Part shown: piece after piece, positions 9,583-19,351 of the stretch
Layout: every line of letters begins with the position of its first letter
Numbering within the stretch: the first letter of the stretch is position 1
NCBI GenBank assembly: GCA_965248835.1
Contig: CBDFLJ010000002.1
Location: 1,376,001-1,440,000 of the forward strand
Source of the DNA: Alphaproteobacteria bacterium
Lineage (GTDB): Bacteria; Pseudomonadota; Alphaproteobacteria; MPNO01
Reading direction: 5' to 3'
DNA: 64,000 nucleotides
The notes under the pieces: model-generated
The model's input: the letters and a program-made list of their open reading frames with translations, nothing else
Told to the model about the DNA's origin: nothing
Databases searched by the model: none
Position numbers and translations under genes: made by a program

Positions 9583-10344
9583 TCAGATCCCGACGATGGC
9601 CACGCCGCCATTGGGCGACAGCACCTGGCCGGTCATGAATTCGGCCTCCGCGGAGGCGAGCCAAGCGACGGTATAAGCGATCTCGACCGGTTCGGCCAAA
9701 CGGCCCAGCGGAACCTCCGAGCGCATCGCGGCGATCCGCTCTGCTCCGATGCTGCCCAGCGTAAGGTTGGTTTCCACCAGGCCGGGTGCGACCGCGTTGA
9801 CCGTGATGTTGAACGGCGCCAGCTCGCGCGCCCAGGACTTGGTAAGCCCGGAGATCGCCGATTTCGCAGCGGCGTAGTGCGAGGCGAAATCCACTCCGCC
9901 CAGGGCGAAGGTGGAGCTGATGTTGATGATCCTGCCGGCCCGGCGCTCCTTCATGCCCGGCAGCACCGCCTGGGTGGCAAAGAAGGCGCCGCGGACATGG
10001 ACCTCGAACATCGCATCGAACGTCGCGACGTCGATGTCGGCGAGCCCGAACCCCTGGCCGCCGATACCCGCATTGTTCACCAGCACGTCGATTGCGCCAT
10101 AGTCCCGTTCGGCGGCGGCGATGGCGTCCTTCAACGCATCGACGTCGCGGAGATCGACCACCAGGACATGCGGCTCGGTCCCGGCCTCGCGGACCAGGGC
10201 GGCGGTCTCCCCGGCCCGGCCGCGATCGATGTCGTGGACGATGACGCGCGCGCCGCGCTCGGCCATCAGCACCGCGTGGGCGCGTCCCATGCCGCTGCCC
10301 GATCCGGTGACCAGCGCGGTTTTTCCTTCGAGTGAGCCGGTCAT
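9583..10344 (-). CDS. Short-chain dehydrogenase/reductase (FabG-like), paralog 2
   Basis: TGSGSGMG, NNAG, NISS, YAAAK; RBS GGAGG before ATG 10344. Confidence 0.9.
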   Translation of the reverse strand: MTGSLEGKTALVTGSGSGMGRAHAVLMAERGARVIVHDIDRGRAGETAALVREAGTEPHVLVVDLRDVDALKDAIAAAERDYGAIDVLVNNAGIGGQGFGLADIDVATFDAMFEVHVRGAFFATQAVLPGMKERRAGRIINISSTFALGGVDFASHYAAAKSAISGLTKSWARELAPFNITVNAVAPGLVETNLTLGSIGAERIAAMRSEVPLGRLAEPVEIAYTVAWLASAEAEFMTGQVLSPNGGVAIVGI

Positions 10345-10427
10345 CCTCCACCCCTGTTTCCGACGGCTGTCGGCGGTTATTGTCCGTCGCCGCTCCCGCC
10401 GCAACAAGCCTGCGCCCGCGCCAGAAT

Positions 10428-11480
10428 ATGCCCCGCCCGTCCGCCAGATCCGTCACGCTTGCCCTGACCGGCCTTGCCGCCGCCTTTGCCGGCGGCTGGG
10501 CGTTCGATGCGCTGGCGACGCCGATCCCGTGGCTGCTCGGCCCGCTGTTCGCGGTTGCCGGAGCCAATCTCGCGGGTCTGCGGATCACTTGCCCGCCAGG
10601 CGGACGTCAGCTGGGCCAGATCCTGATCGGCACGGCCATCGGGCTGCGGTTCACGCCGGACGTCACCGCGATCGTGCTCGGCCAGATCCATTGGATGGCG
10701 GCGGCGGCCCTAGCGGCGATCCTGTTGGGCGGGCTCGGCGCCTGGATCCAGACCCGCATCGCCGGGCTGGATGTGCCGACGGCTTTCTTCGGCTCGGTGC
10801 CCGGCGGGATGGCTGAAATGCTGGCGCTGGGCGACCGCTTCAGGGCGGAGCCGGTGGCGCTTGCGCTGTCCCAGACGGTACGGGTGGGCATCATCGTGGT
10901 GACGGTGCCGGTGGGTCTCACCTATTTGGGAGAGGCAGGTGATGCCATCTTCCTGCCAACGGTGAGCGCGGTGGACTGGCAGGGATTGCCGCTGTTGCTG
11001 GGCGGGACGACGGCAAGCGCCTTGATCCTCAACCGGCTGGGCATGACCAACGCCTGGATGCTGGGTGCGGCCGGCTTCGCTGCGGCGATCACCATCGCCG
11101 GGATCGAAATATCGAGCCTGCCCGGATCGCTCCTCATTCTCGGCCAGCTTCTGATCGGTGCAGCACTCGGCGAGCGCTTCGACCGCGAGCCGATGCGCCG
11201 CGCGCCGCGGGTGATCCTGGGGGCGGTGCTTTCGACGGCCGTCCTGATTGCCGCCGGCATTCTGCTTGCGCTGGGCATATCGGCCGCCTCCGGGATCTCG
11301 GCCTCGACGATGATCGCCGCGACTTGTCCCGGCGGCCTGGTCGAAATGAGCATCACCGCCCAGGTGCTGGCACTCGGCGTTCCGCTGGTGACCGCCTATC
11401 ACATCATGCGGATCATCATGATCACGGCCGTCACGCTGCCGCTGTTCCGGCTGGCCGGGCGTTACTATCCGCTCGCCTGA
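10428..11480 (+). CDS. AbrB-family (putative ammonia monooxygenase-like) membrane protein
   Basis: Two internal repeats (PWLLGPL / AWMLGA; GQILIG / GQLLIG; PGGMAEM / PGGLVEM); multiple TM segments. Confidence 0.85.
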   Translation: MPRPSARSVTLALTGLAAAFAGGWAFDALATPIPWLLGPLFAVAGANLAGLRITCPPGGRQLGQILIGTAIGLRFTPDVTAIVLGQIHWMAAAALAAILLGGLGAWIQTRIAGLDVPTAFFGSVPGGMAEMLALGDRFRAEPVALALSQTVRVGIIVVTVPVGLTYLGEAGDAIFLPTVSAVDWQGLPLLLGGTTASALILNRLGMTNAWMLGAAGFAAAITIAGIEISSLPGSLLILGQLLIGAALGERFDREPMRRAPRVILGAVLSTAVLIAAGILLALGISAASGISASTMIAATCPGGLVEMSITAQVLALGVPLVTAYHIMRIIMITAVTLPLFRLAGRYYPLA

Positions 11481-12211
11481 TCGGCGACGGCCCGGGCAGC
11501 CGCGCGCACGGCCTCCTCGTCGGCCAGATAGCGGCTCGATATCACCCTCAAATCGCTGCCGATCTCGTAGACCAGCGGTATCCCGGTCGGGATGTTGAGC
11601 TCCAGAATCGCCTCGTCCGAGATACCGTCCAGATGCTTGATCAGGGCGCGCAGGCTGTTGCCGTGGGCGGCGACGATCACCGTCCCGCCTTTCGCCACCG
11701 CGGGCGCGATGCGATCGTTCCAATAGGGCAGGACCCGGTCCAGCGTCGTCGACAGGCTCTCGGAGTCCGGCAACGCGGCCGGCGGGACGTCGGCATAGCG
11801 GCGCTCGAACCGCGGATGGCTCGGGTCGTCGCGGTCGAGCGGCGGCGGCGGCGTGGCATAGCTGCGCCGCCAGATCTTGACCTGGTCGTCGCCGTATTCG
11901 GCCGCCGTCTCGGCCTTGTTCAACCCCTGCAGCGCACCGTAATGGCGCTCGTTGAGCCGCCAGGACCGCTCGACCGGCACCCACATCTGATCGAGCTCCT
12001 CGAGGATGATCCACAGCGTGCGGATCGCCCGCTTGAGCACCGAGGTAAAGGCGATGTCCAGCCTCACGCCCTCGCCCGTCAGCACCCGGCCCGCCGCGCG
12101 TACTTCGGCGACACCAGCGTCCGACAGATCCACGTCCACCCATCCGGTGAACCGGTTCTGGAGGTTCCAATCCGACTGGCCGTGGCGGACTAGGATCAGC
12201 TTTGAGGTCAC
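11465..12211 (-). CDS. gpmA: 2,3-bisphosphoglycerate-dependent phosphoglycerate mutase
   Basis: [62 protein letters not shown]. Confidence 0.95.
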   Translation of the reverse strand: MTSKLILVRHGQSDWNLQNRFTGWVDVDLSDAGVAEVRAAGRVLTGEGVRLDIAFTSVLKRAIRTLWIILEELDQMWVPVERSWRLNERHYGALQGLNKAETAAEYGDDQVKIWRRSYATPPPPLDRDDPSHPRFERRYADVPPAALPDSESLSTTLDRVLPYWNDRIAPAVAKGGTVIVAAHGNSLRALIKHLDGISDEAILELNIPTGIPLVYEIGSDLRVISSRYLADEEAVRAAARAVADQASG

Positions 12212-12404
12212 CGTGAAATCCCCGTCTCTCGGCTCGGCTCATGCCCGGGCCGGCCGCAACCATATACCGCCCCGGATTCGCTATCGATTGCAAATTCGGC
12301 CCGCCGCAGCGGGGCGTTCCTGCCCGCACCTGGATTTCGCCGCGAACCTTTCCTATCCTTCGGCGCAGGCGCCGCCTGCGCCGATTTAGCTGAGAGGGCA
12401 CGAC

Positions 12405-14015
12405 ATGGCGATGGGGTTTCGCGAGGCGATCCAGACGCAGCGCGCCGCGGGCCGGCTGATCGATATCGACCGTCCGGTCGACATCCGCTACCTCGGCACG
12501 CTGATCGAGGAGTCCGAACAGGCGCTTCTGTTCAACAACGTCGCCGGATACGACATGCCCGTCGTTGCGGGCATCATGAACAGCCGCGAACGTATGGCGC
12601 TGGCTTATGGCTGCGCGTTCGAAGAGATCCAGGCAAAGCTGCGACAGGGCGTCGCCAAGCCGATCCCGCACGTCGAGGTCAACACGGGGCCCGCACGCGA
12701 GGTCTGCTACCAGATCGGCGAGGAGGTCGACCTTTTTTCGCTCCCTGTACCGTTGTTCGCGCAACTCGATGGCGGGCCGATGATCACCGCCGGCGTGACG
12801 ATCGCGCGCGACGGCGCCGACGGGCTCAATGCGGGCGTCTACCGCTATCTGATCCGCGAAAAGAACCTAACCGGCATCGATCTGGTGACTCCCAACGACC
12901 TGCGGCGCATCGCCGAGAACAATACGGTGGCGGGTAGATCGACGCCGATCTCGATCAGCATCGGCACCGATCCGGCGGTCACGCTCGCGACCAGCTACCG
13001 GCCGCCGGTTGGCGTGGACGAGATCGAGATCGCCGGCGGCATCATCGGCGATGCGGTGCGTTTGACGCCCTGCCAGACGATCGACGTCCCGTGCATCGCC
13101 GACGCCGAGATCGTCCTGGAGGCCGAGATCCTGCCCACCGGCTGGACCAGGCCCGAGGGCCGGTTCGGCGAATTCACCCGAATCATGGGTGCCCTGCACT
13201 GGAACCCCCATATCCGCATCAATGCCGTCTATACCCGCAAGGATCCGATCTACTGGGCCTTGCATACGCCGTGGGAGGTCTCCTGGCTCTCGGCGGTGAT
13301 CCAGGAAGCGTCGCTGCGCCGCTCGCTATACGAGGCGAACATCGACGTCAGCGCGATCAACGTCACGCCCGGAGGCACCTGCTACTTCCACGCCATCATC
13401 GCCATCAGAGCCCGGGTGGGCGACGGCAAACAGGCGATCCATGCCGCCTTGTCGGGCGATGATTTCAAGCATGTCGTCGTGGTCGACGACGACATCGATG
13501 TCTTCGATCCGCTGGAGGTCGAATGGGCGATCGCGACCCGGGTGCAAGCGGACAAGGATGTCGCGATCCTTTCAGGCATGCGCACAAAGCCGCTCGATCC
13601 CAGCCTGACCCTGGTCACCGGCCGGATGCCGACCACCGGGAAGATGGGCATCGATGCGACCATCTCGCCGGACATTCCGCGTGCCCGCTTCCAGCGCATC
13701 GCCTATGCCTTCGCCGAGGATGTCGAGGTTGAAAGTTATTTGAGCCAGAGCAACGGCACGGTCGAGGACCCCGACGCGGTCGACCTCGACGCGTTGGCAG
13801 CCGAGATCCGCGCCGTCGTCGCGGAGGCGCCGATCTACTATTCCGAAATCCTCGAGCGCTTCTGGGCCAAAGGCTTCCAGAATACGAACCGGGCGGTCGG
13901 CCGCCTCCACCAGACCGGCGCGCTATGGCAGGACGAGGACGGCCGGATATGCCTGGCGGAGTCTCCCTTCGCCGCAGTGCCGCCGGCCTCGAAGCTGACC
14001 AACCGCAGCGAATAG
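12405..14015 (+). CDS. UbiD-family prFMN-dependent (de)carboxylase with C-terminal extension
   Basis: LPVP..DGGPMIT, NAGVYR, EIVLE, PEGRFGEF, VVVVDDDID, EWAIATR.Q, LDPS, KMGIDAT. Confidence 0.88.
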   Translation: MAMGFREAIQTQRAAGRLIDIDRPVDIRYLGTLIEESEQALLFNNVAGYDMPVVAGIMNSRERMALAYGCAFEEIQAKLRQGVAKPIPHVEVNTGPAREVCYQIGEEVDLFSLPVPLFAQLDGGPMITAGVTIARDGADGLNAGVYRYLIREKNLTGIDLVTPNDLRRIAENNTVAGRSTPISISIGTDPAVTLATSYRPPVGVDEIEIAGGIIGDAVRLTPCQTIDVPCIADAEIVLEAEILPTGWTRPEGRFGEFTRIMGALHWNPHIRINAVYTRKDPIYWALHTPWEVSWLSAVIQEASLRRSLYEANIDVSAINVTPGGTCYFHAIIAIRARVGDGKQAIHAALSGDDFKHVVVVDDDIDVFDPLEVEWAIATRVQADKDVAILSGMRTKPLDPSLTLVTGRMPTTGKMGIDATISPDIPRARFQRIAYAFAEDVEVESYLSQSNGTVEDPDAVDLDALAAEIRAVVAEAPIYYSEILERFWAKGFQNTNRAVGRLHQTGALWQDEDGRICLAESPFAAVPPASKLTNRSE

Positions 14016-14055
14016 GCCCCCTCAGCCTTGCGCCGCCGGCGCCAGCGGCGTGCGC

Positions 14056-15060
14056 TCAGGGTTGAAGCACGATCTTTCCGAAGACCTCGCGGTCGATGAG
14101 CTGCTGGATCGAGGCGGCGGTCTCCGAAAGCGGGCGGACCGCGTGCAGGACGGGCTTGATCTCGCCATCGACCACCATGCGCATCATCTCGGCCTGGTCC
14201 TCCATCGTCCAGGCGTTGCAGCCCAGGATGCTGATCTCGTAGGTCCAGATGTAGCGGACATCGTTATCCGTGGCGTAGCCGGCCGAGGCGCCGCAGGTCA
14301 GCATACGGCCGCCCGGGTGAATGATCTTCAGGCACTCCAGCCAGGTGTCGCCGCCTATGTAGTTGACCACGACGTTGACGCCGCCGCCCTCGCCCATGCG
14401 CGGTTTGCCGTAAGTCTCGTAGACGAATTCGCGGACGTTCCGTTCGGACGTGTTGATGACGTGATCGGCGCCGATCTCCCGCAAACGCTGCATCTTCCAT
14501 TCCGCGCTGCCGCAGGCAATGACCTCGCAGCCTGCGGCATGGGCGAGCTGCACGCAGGCGGTGCCGACCCCGCCGGTGGCGCCGAGGACGAGCACGGTCT
14601 CGCCCTTTTGGACACCCCCCCGGGTCACCATCATGCGCAGCGCCGTGCCGTAGGCGATGGGCAGGCTGGCCGCCTCCACGTCGCCGAGACCATCCGGGAT
14701 CGGGATCATGTAAGCGGCGGGGATGCGGACGAGCTCGCAACAGCCTCCCAGCCGGCTTTCTCCGATCATGCCCTCGCCCTTGATCAGAGGGTATAGGCTG
14801 ACCCGGTCGCCGGGCTTCCACTGCTCGGGGTCGACGTCGGCGCCGAGCGCGACGATCTCCCCTGCGATGTCGCCGCCGGGGATCATCGGCAACGGCGTGC
14901 GCAGTGCCGTCTCCTTCCTCAGGATCATGGGCTCGAAGCCGTTGAGCGCCACGGCGTTGACCTTGACCAGGCAGTCGCCGGGGCCGATCTGCGGATCGGG
15001 GAAGTCCTCGATCCGGATGTTTTGGGTCGAGCCGTGCTCGTGGAAGACCGCGGCCTTCAT
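14056..15060 (-). CDS. MDR-family (quinone oxidoreductase/Zn-ADH-like) oxidoreductase
   Basis: MKAAVFHEHG start with RBS GGAGGAG; PMIPGGDIAG, AASLPIAYGTA, GATGGVG, VFGKIVL. Confidence 0.85.
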   Translation of the reverse strand: MKAAVFHEHGSTQNIRIEDFPDPQIGPGDCLVKVNAVALNGFEPMILRKETALRTPLPMIPGGDIAGEIVALGADVDPEQWKPGDRVSLYPLIKGEGMIGESRLGGCCELVRIPAAYMIPIPDGLGDVEAASLPIAYGTALRMMVTRGGVQKGETVLVLGATGGVGTACVQLAHAAGCEVIACGSAEWKMQRLREIGADHVINTSERNVREFVYETYGKPRMGEGGGVNVVVNYIGGDTWLECLKIIHPGGRMLTCGASAGYATDNDVRYIWTYEISILGCNAWTMEDQAEMMRMVVDGEIKPVLHAVRPLSETAASIQQLIDREVFGKIVLQP

Positions 15061-15228
15061 CTCCTCCTCCGTCCGTGTTCCCCCGTGAGGGTGCCGATGC
15101 GGTCCTGGTATATCATTCCGCCCGCAGGCAGGCGATGCAGCGCGCCGCTTCGGGTTGCGTCTTGTCCGCGGCGGGATTCTGAGCAAGATTTTCCCGCCCA
15201 TTCCGATCCGGCGACGGCAGATACCGCG

Positions 15229-16749
15229 ATGGCCCCCACGAATCTCGGCGACCTGATTGATCGAACCGCCGATCCGCACAAGGTCGCGGTCATCGACCTG
15301 TCCGATGCCGCCGACCCGGTCGAAGTCACCTATCGTGTCCTCGCCGAGCGAACCGATGCCATCGCCCGGTCGCTGCGCTCGCGGGGGTTCGCCCGGGGCG
15401 AGGCGGTGGCAATCCTCGCCGCCAACAGCGCCGATTATCTGTGCGCCTATTTCGGCATCATGCGGGCCGGGCTGGTCGCGGTGCCGCTCGGCTTCAAGTT
15501 TCCCGCCGAGACGATCCACTACATGCTGGCGGACTGTGGTGCCCGGCTGGTGTTCGCCGACGCCGAACGGGCCGCGCTGTGCCCCGGCGGCATACCGCTC
15601 GTCCGGTTCGGCAACGACGGTCCCGAAGGGTTCGAGGCCGCGCTTCAGCCGGGTCCGTTCGCGTGTGTCGACACCGGCCAGGATGATATCGGCATGATCC
15701 TTTACACCTCGGGTTCGACCGGTCGGCCCAAGGGTGTGCCGCTCACCCACGCCGGGCAGCTCTGGGTGATCAACAACATAATGGGCGAGAACAGCGATTT
15801 CCGCCGCCACCGGTTCCTGATCGCGGCACCGCTGTATCACATGAACGGGCTTTTGATGTCGAAGCTCGTCGCGGCCAGCCACGCGAGCGCAGTGCTGCAG
15901 CCGCAGTTTCGCGCAGCGCGCTACATCGAGGCGATCGAGCGCTACGGCTGCACCTATCTCACGTCGGTTCCCACCATGATCGCCCTGGTCGCCAAGGAGA
16001 CGGCGCTGCTGGCGAAGACGGATCTCGGCTCCGTCGAGACGGTCTTGATGGGGTCGGCACCGCTCACCCAGGCGTTGATCGACAAGGTTCACGAAATCTT
16101 TCCCGACGCGGCCACGGCGAATTCCTACGGCACCACCGAGGCGGGCGCGGGGACTTTCGGCGCCCACCCGGACGGTCATCCCCGGCCGGAAATCGCACTC
16201 GGCTATCCCGCGCCGGGTGTGGAGGCGCGGCTGGTCAACGACGAGGACAAGGATGCCGAGGAGGGTGTGCTGCACCTCAGGACGCCGGCCCGGATGAGCG
16301 GATATCTCAACCTTCCCGAACGGACGGCCAGGAGCGTCGATGCGGACGGCTGGTACGACACCGGCGATATCATGCGCCGCGACGGGCTGGGCTTCTTCTA
16401 TTTCGTCGGCCGGGCCGACGACATGTTCGTCTGCGGCGGCGAGAACGTCTACCCGGGCGAGGTCGAGAAGCTGCTGGAACGCCATCCGGCCGTCCACCAG
16501 GCCTGCGTCGTTCCGGCCGAGGATGCCGTGCGCGGCCAAAAGCCGGTAGCCTTCGTCGTCGGCGCGCCGGGGACGACGATCACCGAGCAGGAGGTCAAGG
16601 CGTTCGCTCTCGCCAACGGCCCGCCGCACGCGCATCCGCGCAACGTCGCGTTCGTGGCCGCCTTGCCGCTCGCCGGCACCAACAAGATCGACCGCGGCGC
16701 GCTCATCAAGCGCGCCGCGGTCTATGCCGAGCGAGAAGGTCCCCGGTAG
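15229..16749 (+). CDS. Class I adenylate-forming enzyme (acyl-CoA ligase)
   Basis: YTSGSTGRPKG, PLYH, SYGTTE, WYDTGD, GRADDM..GGENVYP.EVE, terminal NKIDR. Confidence 0.9.
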   Translation: MAPTNLGDLIDRTADPHKVAVIDLSDAADPVEVTYRVLAERTDAIARSLRSRGFARGEAVAILAANSADYLCAYFGIMRAGLVAVPLGFKFPAETIHYMLADCGARLVFADAERAALCPGGIPLVRFGNDGPEGFEAALQPGPFACVDTGQDDIGMILYTSGSTGRPKGVPLTHAGQLWVINNIMGENSDFRRHRFLIAAPLYHMNGLLMSKLVAASHASAVLQPQFRAARYIEAIERYGCTYLTSVPTMIALVAKETALLAKTDLGSVETVLMGSAPLTQALIDKVHEIFPDAATANSYGTTEAGAGTFGAHPDGHPRPEIALGYPAPGVEARLVNDEDKDAEEGVLHLRTPARMSGYLNLPERTARSVDADGWYDTGDIMRRDGLGFFYFVGRADDMFVCGGENVYPGEVEKLLERHPAVHQACVVPAEDAVRGQKPVAFVVGAPGTTITEQEVKAFALANGPPHAHPRNVAFVAALPLAGTNKIDRGALIKRAAVYAEREGPR

Positions 16750-16928
16750 TCGCCGCGCCTGCGCACGGCTCGACAGGTGCGGACTGGCAACGGCACGTCC
16801 GAAACCCGGCCGTTTCCACCCCAGAAGATGGCAGCCGGTTCAGCCATGTCGTTGCCGGGACGCCATCCCCGAAAACCCGCTCCGTCGCCAATCGCCGGGC
16901 GTGGGCGCCCGCCGGCTTACCCGGCGCC

Positions 16929-17702
16929 TTACGGATCCGGCGGGCTGTCGGGCGATTCGTCGGTCGGATCGCCGCCCAGCGCCGCCAGCGCCTCCTTGAG
17001 GTCGGCAAGCCCGGTCCGGAGCAGCGCGGGGTCGGTGCCGCGCAGGACCACGCTCACCCCGAAACGGCGCTGGCGCATTGCCGGATAGCTGCCGATGTCG
17101 ATCGAAGGATAGCGGTCCTGGAGGGCGCCAAGCGCTTCGGCGATCGCACCCTCGGGCAGGTAGACATGGACCGCCCTGGCCTGGACCGGCGTGCCGCCGA
17201 CAAGCTGGTGCTTCAGCCCGTCGAACATCGCCCGCATGATCTGGGGCACGCCGGCCAGCACGTAGACGTTGCCGATCCGATAACCCGGTGCGGCGCTCAC
17301 CGGGTTGGAGACCAGTTCGGCCCCTTCGGGGAAGGTCGCCATGCGCATCCGCGCCTCGTTCATCTCGCCGCTCCGCATGTAGGATTGCAGCAGGGCGACG
17401 ATCTCGAAGTCGCGGTACATGCCGACGCCGAACGCCTCGGCGACGCATTCCGAGGTGATGTCGTCATGGGTCGGCCCGATGCCGCCGGTGGTGATCACGT
17501 AGTCGAATCCGGCCTTGGTCTCGCGCAGCGTAGAGACGATGACCGCGCGGACATCGGGGATGACCCGAACCTCGCGCAGCCGGATGCCGATCTCGTTCAG
17601 GCCCTTGGCCAGGTAGTTGATGTTTCTATCCTGAGTCCGGCCCGAGAGGATCTCGTTGCCGATGACCAGGACGCAGGCGGTGACGATCTTCTCTTCGGAC
17701 AT
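16929..17702 (-). CDS. CinA-like competence/damage-inducible protein (molybdopterin-binding domain)
   Basis: VIGNEILSGRTQD.N, TTGGIGPTHDDIT, AGVPQIM, IGSYP; divergent from sfsA. Confidence 0.88.
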   Translation of the reverse strand: MSEEKIVTACVLVIGNEILSGRTQDRNINYLAKGLNEIGIRLREVRVIPDVRAVIVSTLRETKAGFDYVITTGGIGPTHDDITSECVAEAFGVGMYRDFEIVALLQSYMRSGEMNEARMRMATFPEGAELVSNPVSAAPGYRIGNVYVLAGVPQIMRAMFDGLKHQLVGGTPVQARAVHVYLPEGAIAEALGALQDRYPSIDIGSYPAMRQRRFGVSVVLRGTDPALLRTGLADLKEALAALGGDPTDESPDSPPDP

Positions 17703-17793
17703 CGCGCCCCCAAGCGGAAGAAAAGGCCGGGCATACTTATCAGCCGGTGTAGGATGAGGCCAGTGCCGGCCGAGACCACGGAGCGACCAGCCG

Positions 17794-18492
17794 ATGCGTT
17801 TCCCTGATCCGCTGGTTCGGGGTGAATTGATCAAGCGCTACAAGCGGTTCCTGGCCGACGTGCGGCTGGAGTCCGGCGAGGTCGTGACCGCTCATTGCGC
17901 CAACACCGGCTCGATGGAAGGGGTTTGCGCGCCGGGCTCCGAGGTCTGGCTGTCGCCGGCGCGCAATCCGAACCGCAAGCTGCGCTATAGCTGGGAGATG
18001 ATCCGGGTGGGCGCGAGGCTGGTCGGCATCAACACCGCTCATCCCAATGCGATCCTCGCCGAGGCGATCGCGGCCGGGTCGATCCCGCGGCTGGCGGGCT
18101 ATCAGACCATCCGGCGCGAGGTGCGCTACGGCCGGAACGCGCGCATCGACATCCTGCTCAGCGGCGGCGGCCGGTCGGACTGCTACGTCGAGGTCAAGAA
18201 CGTCCACCTGAAGCGCGGCGATACCGCCGCCTTTCCCGACGCGGTGACCGCGCGGGGGACCAAGCACCTCATCGAGATGGCGCGCCTGGTGGATGCCGGG
18301 CTCGATGCTTTGATGGTCTATGTGGTCCAGCGCGAGGATTGCGCGGCGTTCGGCATCGCAGACGACATCGATCCGGTCTATGCCGAAGCGCTCGCGGCCG
18401 CGCGCAAGGCAGGCGTCGGCGTGATCAGCCATGCCTGCCGGCTGAGCCCGGAGGCGATTGAACTGGACCGGCCGCTTCGGCTCGCCCTATAA
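17794..18492 (+). CDS. sfsA: DNA/RNA nuclease SfsA
   Basis: KRYKRFLADV, AHCANTGSM, YVEVKNV, FPDAVTARG.KHL, IDPVYA. Confidence 0.95.
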   Translation: MRFPDPLVRGELIKRYKRFLADVRLESGEVVTAHCANTGSMEGVCAPGSEVWLSPARNPNRKLRYSWEMIRVGARLVGINTAHPNAILAEAIAAGSIPRLAGYQTIRREVRYGRNARIDILLSGGGRSDCYVEVKNVHLKRGDTAAFPDAVTARGTKHLIEMARLVDAGLDALMVYVVQREDCAAFGIADDIDPVYAEALAAARKAGVGVISHACRLSPEAIELDRPLRLAL

Positions 18493-18500
18493 ACGGACCC

Positions 18501-19325
18501 ATGAACGACCCTTGGGCGGCCACCGAAGACCTGCGGGACCCTTCGCCCCACATCCCGCTTTACGGGCCGGAGGCGTTCGCGGCGATGCACCGCGCCGGCC
18601 GGCTCGCCGCGGAGGTGCTGGACTTCATCACGCCCCATGTCGTCCCCGGCGTGACCACCGGGCGGATCGACACGCTGTGCCACGACTATATTGTCGCGCA
18701 CGATGCGGTCCCCGCCCCGCTCAACTACCGCGGCTTTCCCAAATCGGTCTGCACCTCGGTCAACCATGTCGTCTGTCACGGCATCCCGGGCGACAAGGTC
18801 CTGCGCGACGGCGACATCGTCAATATCGACATCACGGTGATCCTCGACGGCTGGCACGGAGATACCAGCCGCATGTTCCCGGTCGGCAAGGCCGGCGTCA
18901 AAGCGCGCCGGCTGTGCGATGTGACCTACGAATCGATGATGCGCGGGATCGCGGCGGTGCGCCCGGGCGCCACGCTGGGCGACGTGGGCCACGCGATCCA
19001 ATCCTTCGTCGAGGCCGAGCGATTCTCGGTGGTGCGCGATTTCTGCGGCCACGGGCTGGGGCGGATCTTCCACTGCCCGCCGAGCGTGCTCCACTACGGC
19101 CGGCCGGGACAGGGGGTGGTGCTCAAGGAGGGCATGTTCTTCACCATCGAACCGATGGTGAATGCCGGCCACTACGAGACCAAGATCCTGTTCGACGGCT
19201 GGACGGCGGTGACCAAGGACCGCTCGCTGTCGGCGCAGTTCGAGCATTCGCTCGGCGTGACCGCGGACGGCTGCGAGATCTTCACGCTTTCGCCCTCCGG
19301 GCTGCACAAGCCGCCCTACGACTGA
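18501..19325 (+). CDS. map: Methionine aminopeptidase type I
   Basis: CTSVNHVVCHGIP, NIDITV..GWHGDTSR, CGHG, FTIEPM, SAQFEH. Confidence 0.96.
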   Translation: MNDPWAATEDLRDPSPHIPLYGPEAFAAMHRAGRLAAEVLDFITPHVVPGVTTGRIDTLCHDYIVAHDAVPAPLNYRGFPKSVCTSVNHVVCHGIPGDKVLRDGDIVNIDITVILDGWHGDTSRMFPVGKAGVKARRLCDVTYESMMRGIAAVRPGATLGDVGHAIQSFVEAERFSVVRDFCGHGLGRIFHCPPSVLHYGRPGQGVVLKEGMFFTIEPMVNAGHYETKILFDGWTAVTKDRSLSAQFEHSLGVTADGCEIFTLSPSGLHKPPYD

Positions 19326-19351
19326 GTTCGAAGACTGACAGGGAGACCGCC

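Noticed and set aside
3589-16635. Oversized ORFs of 749, 598 and 859 aa that look like multidomain fusions
   Set aside because: Each is a real C-terminal gene (aapM, SDR, MDR) extended upstream through a stop-free shadow frame of its neighbour.
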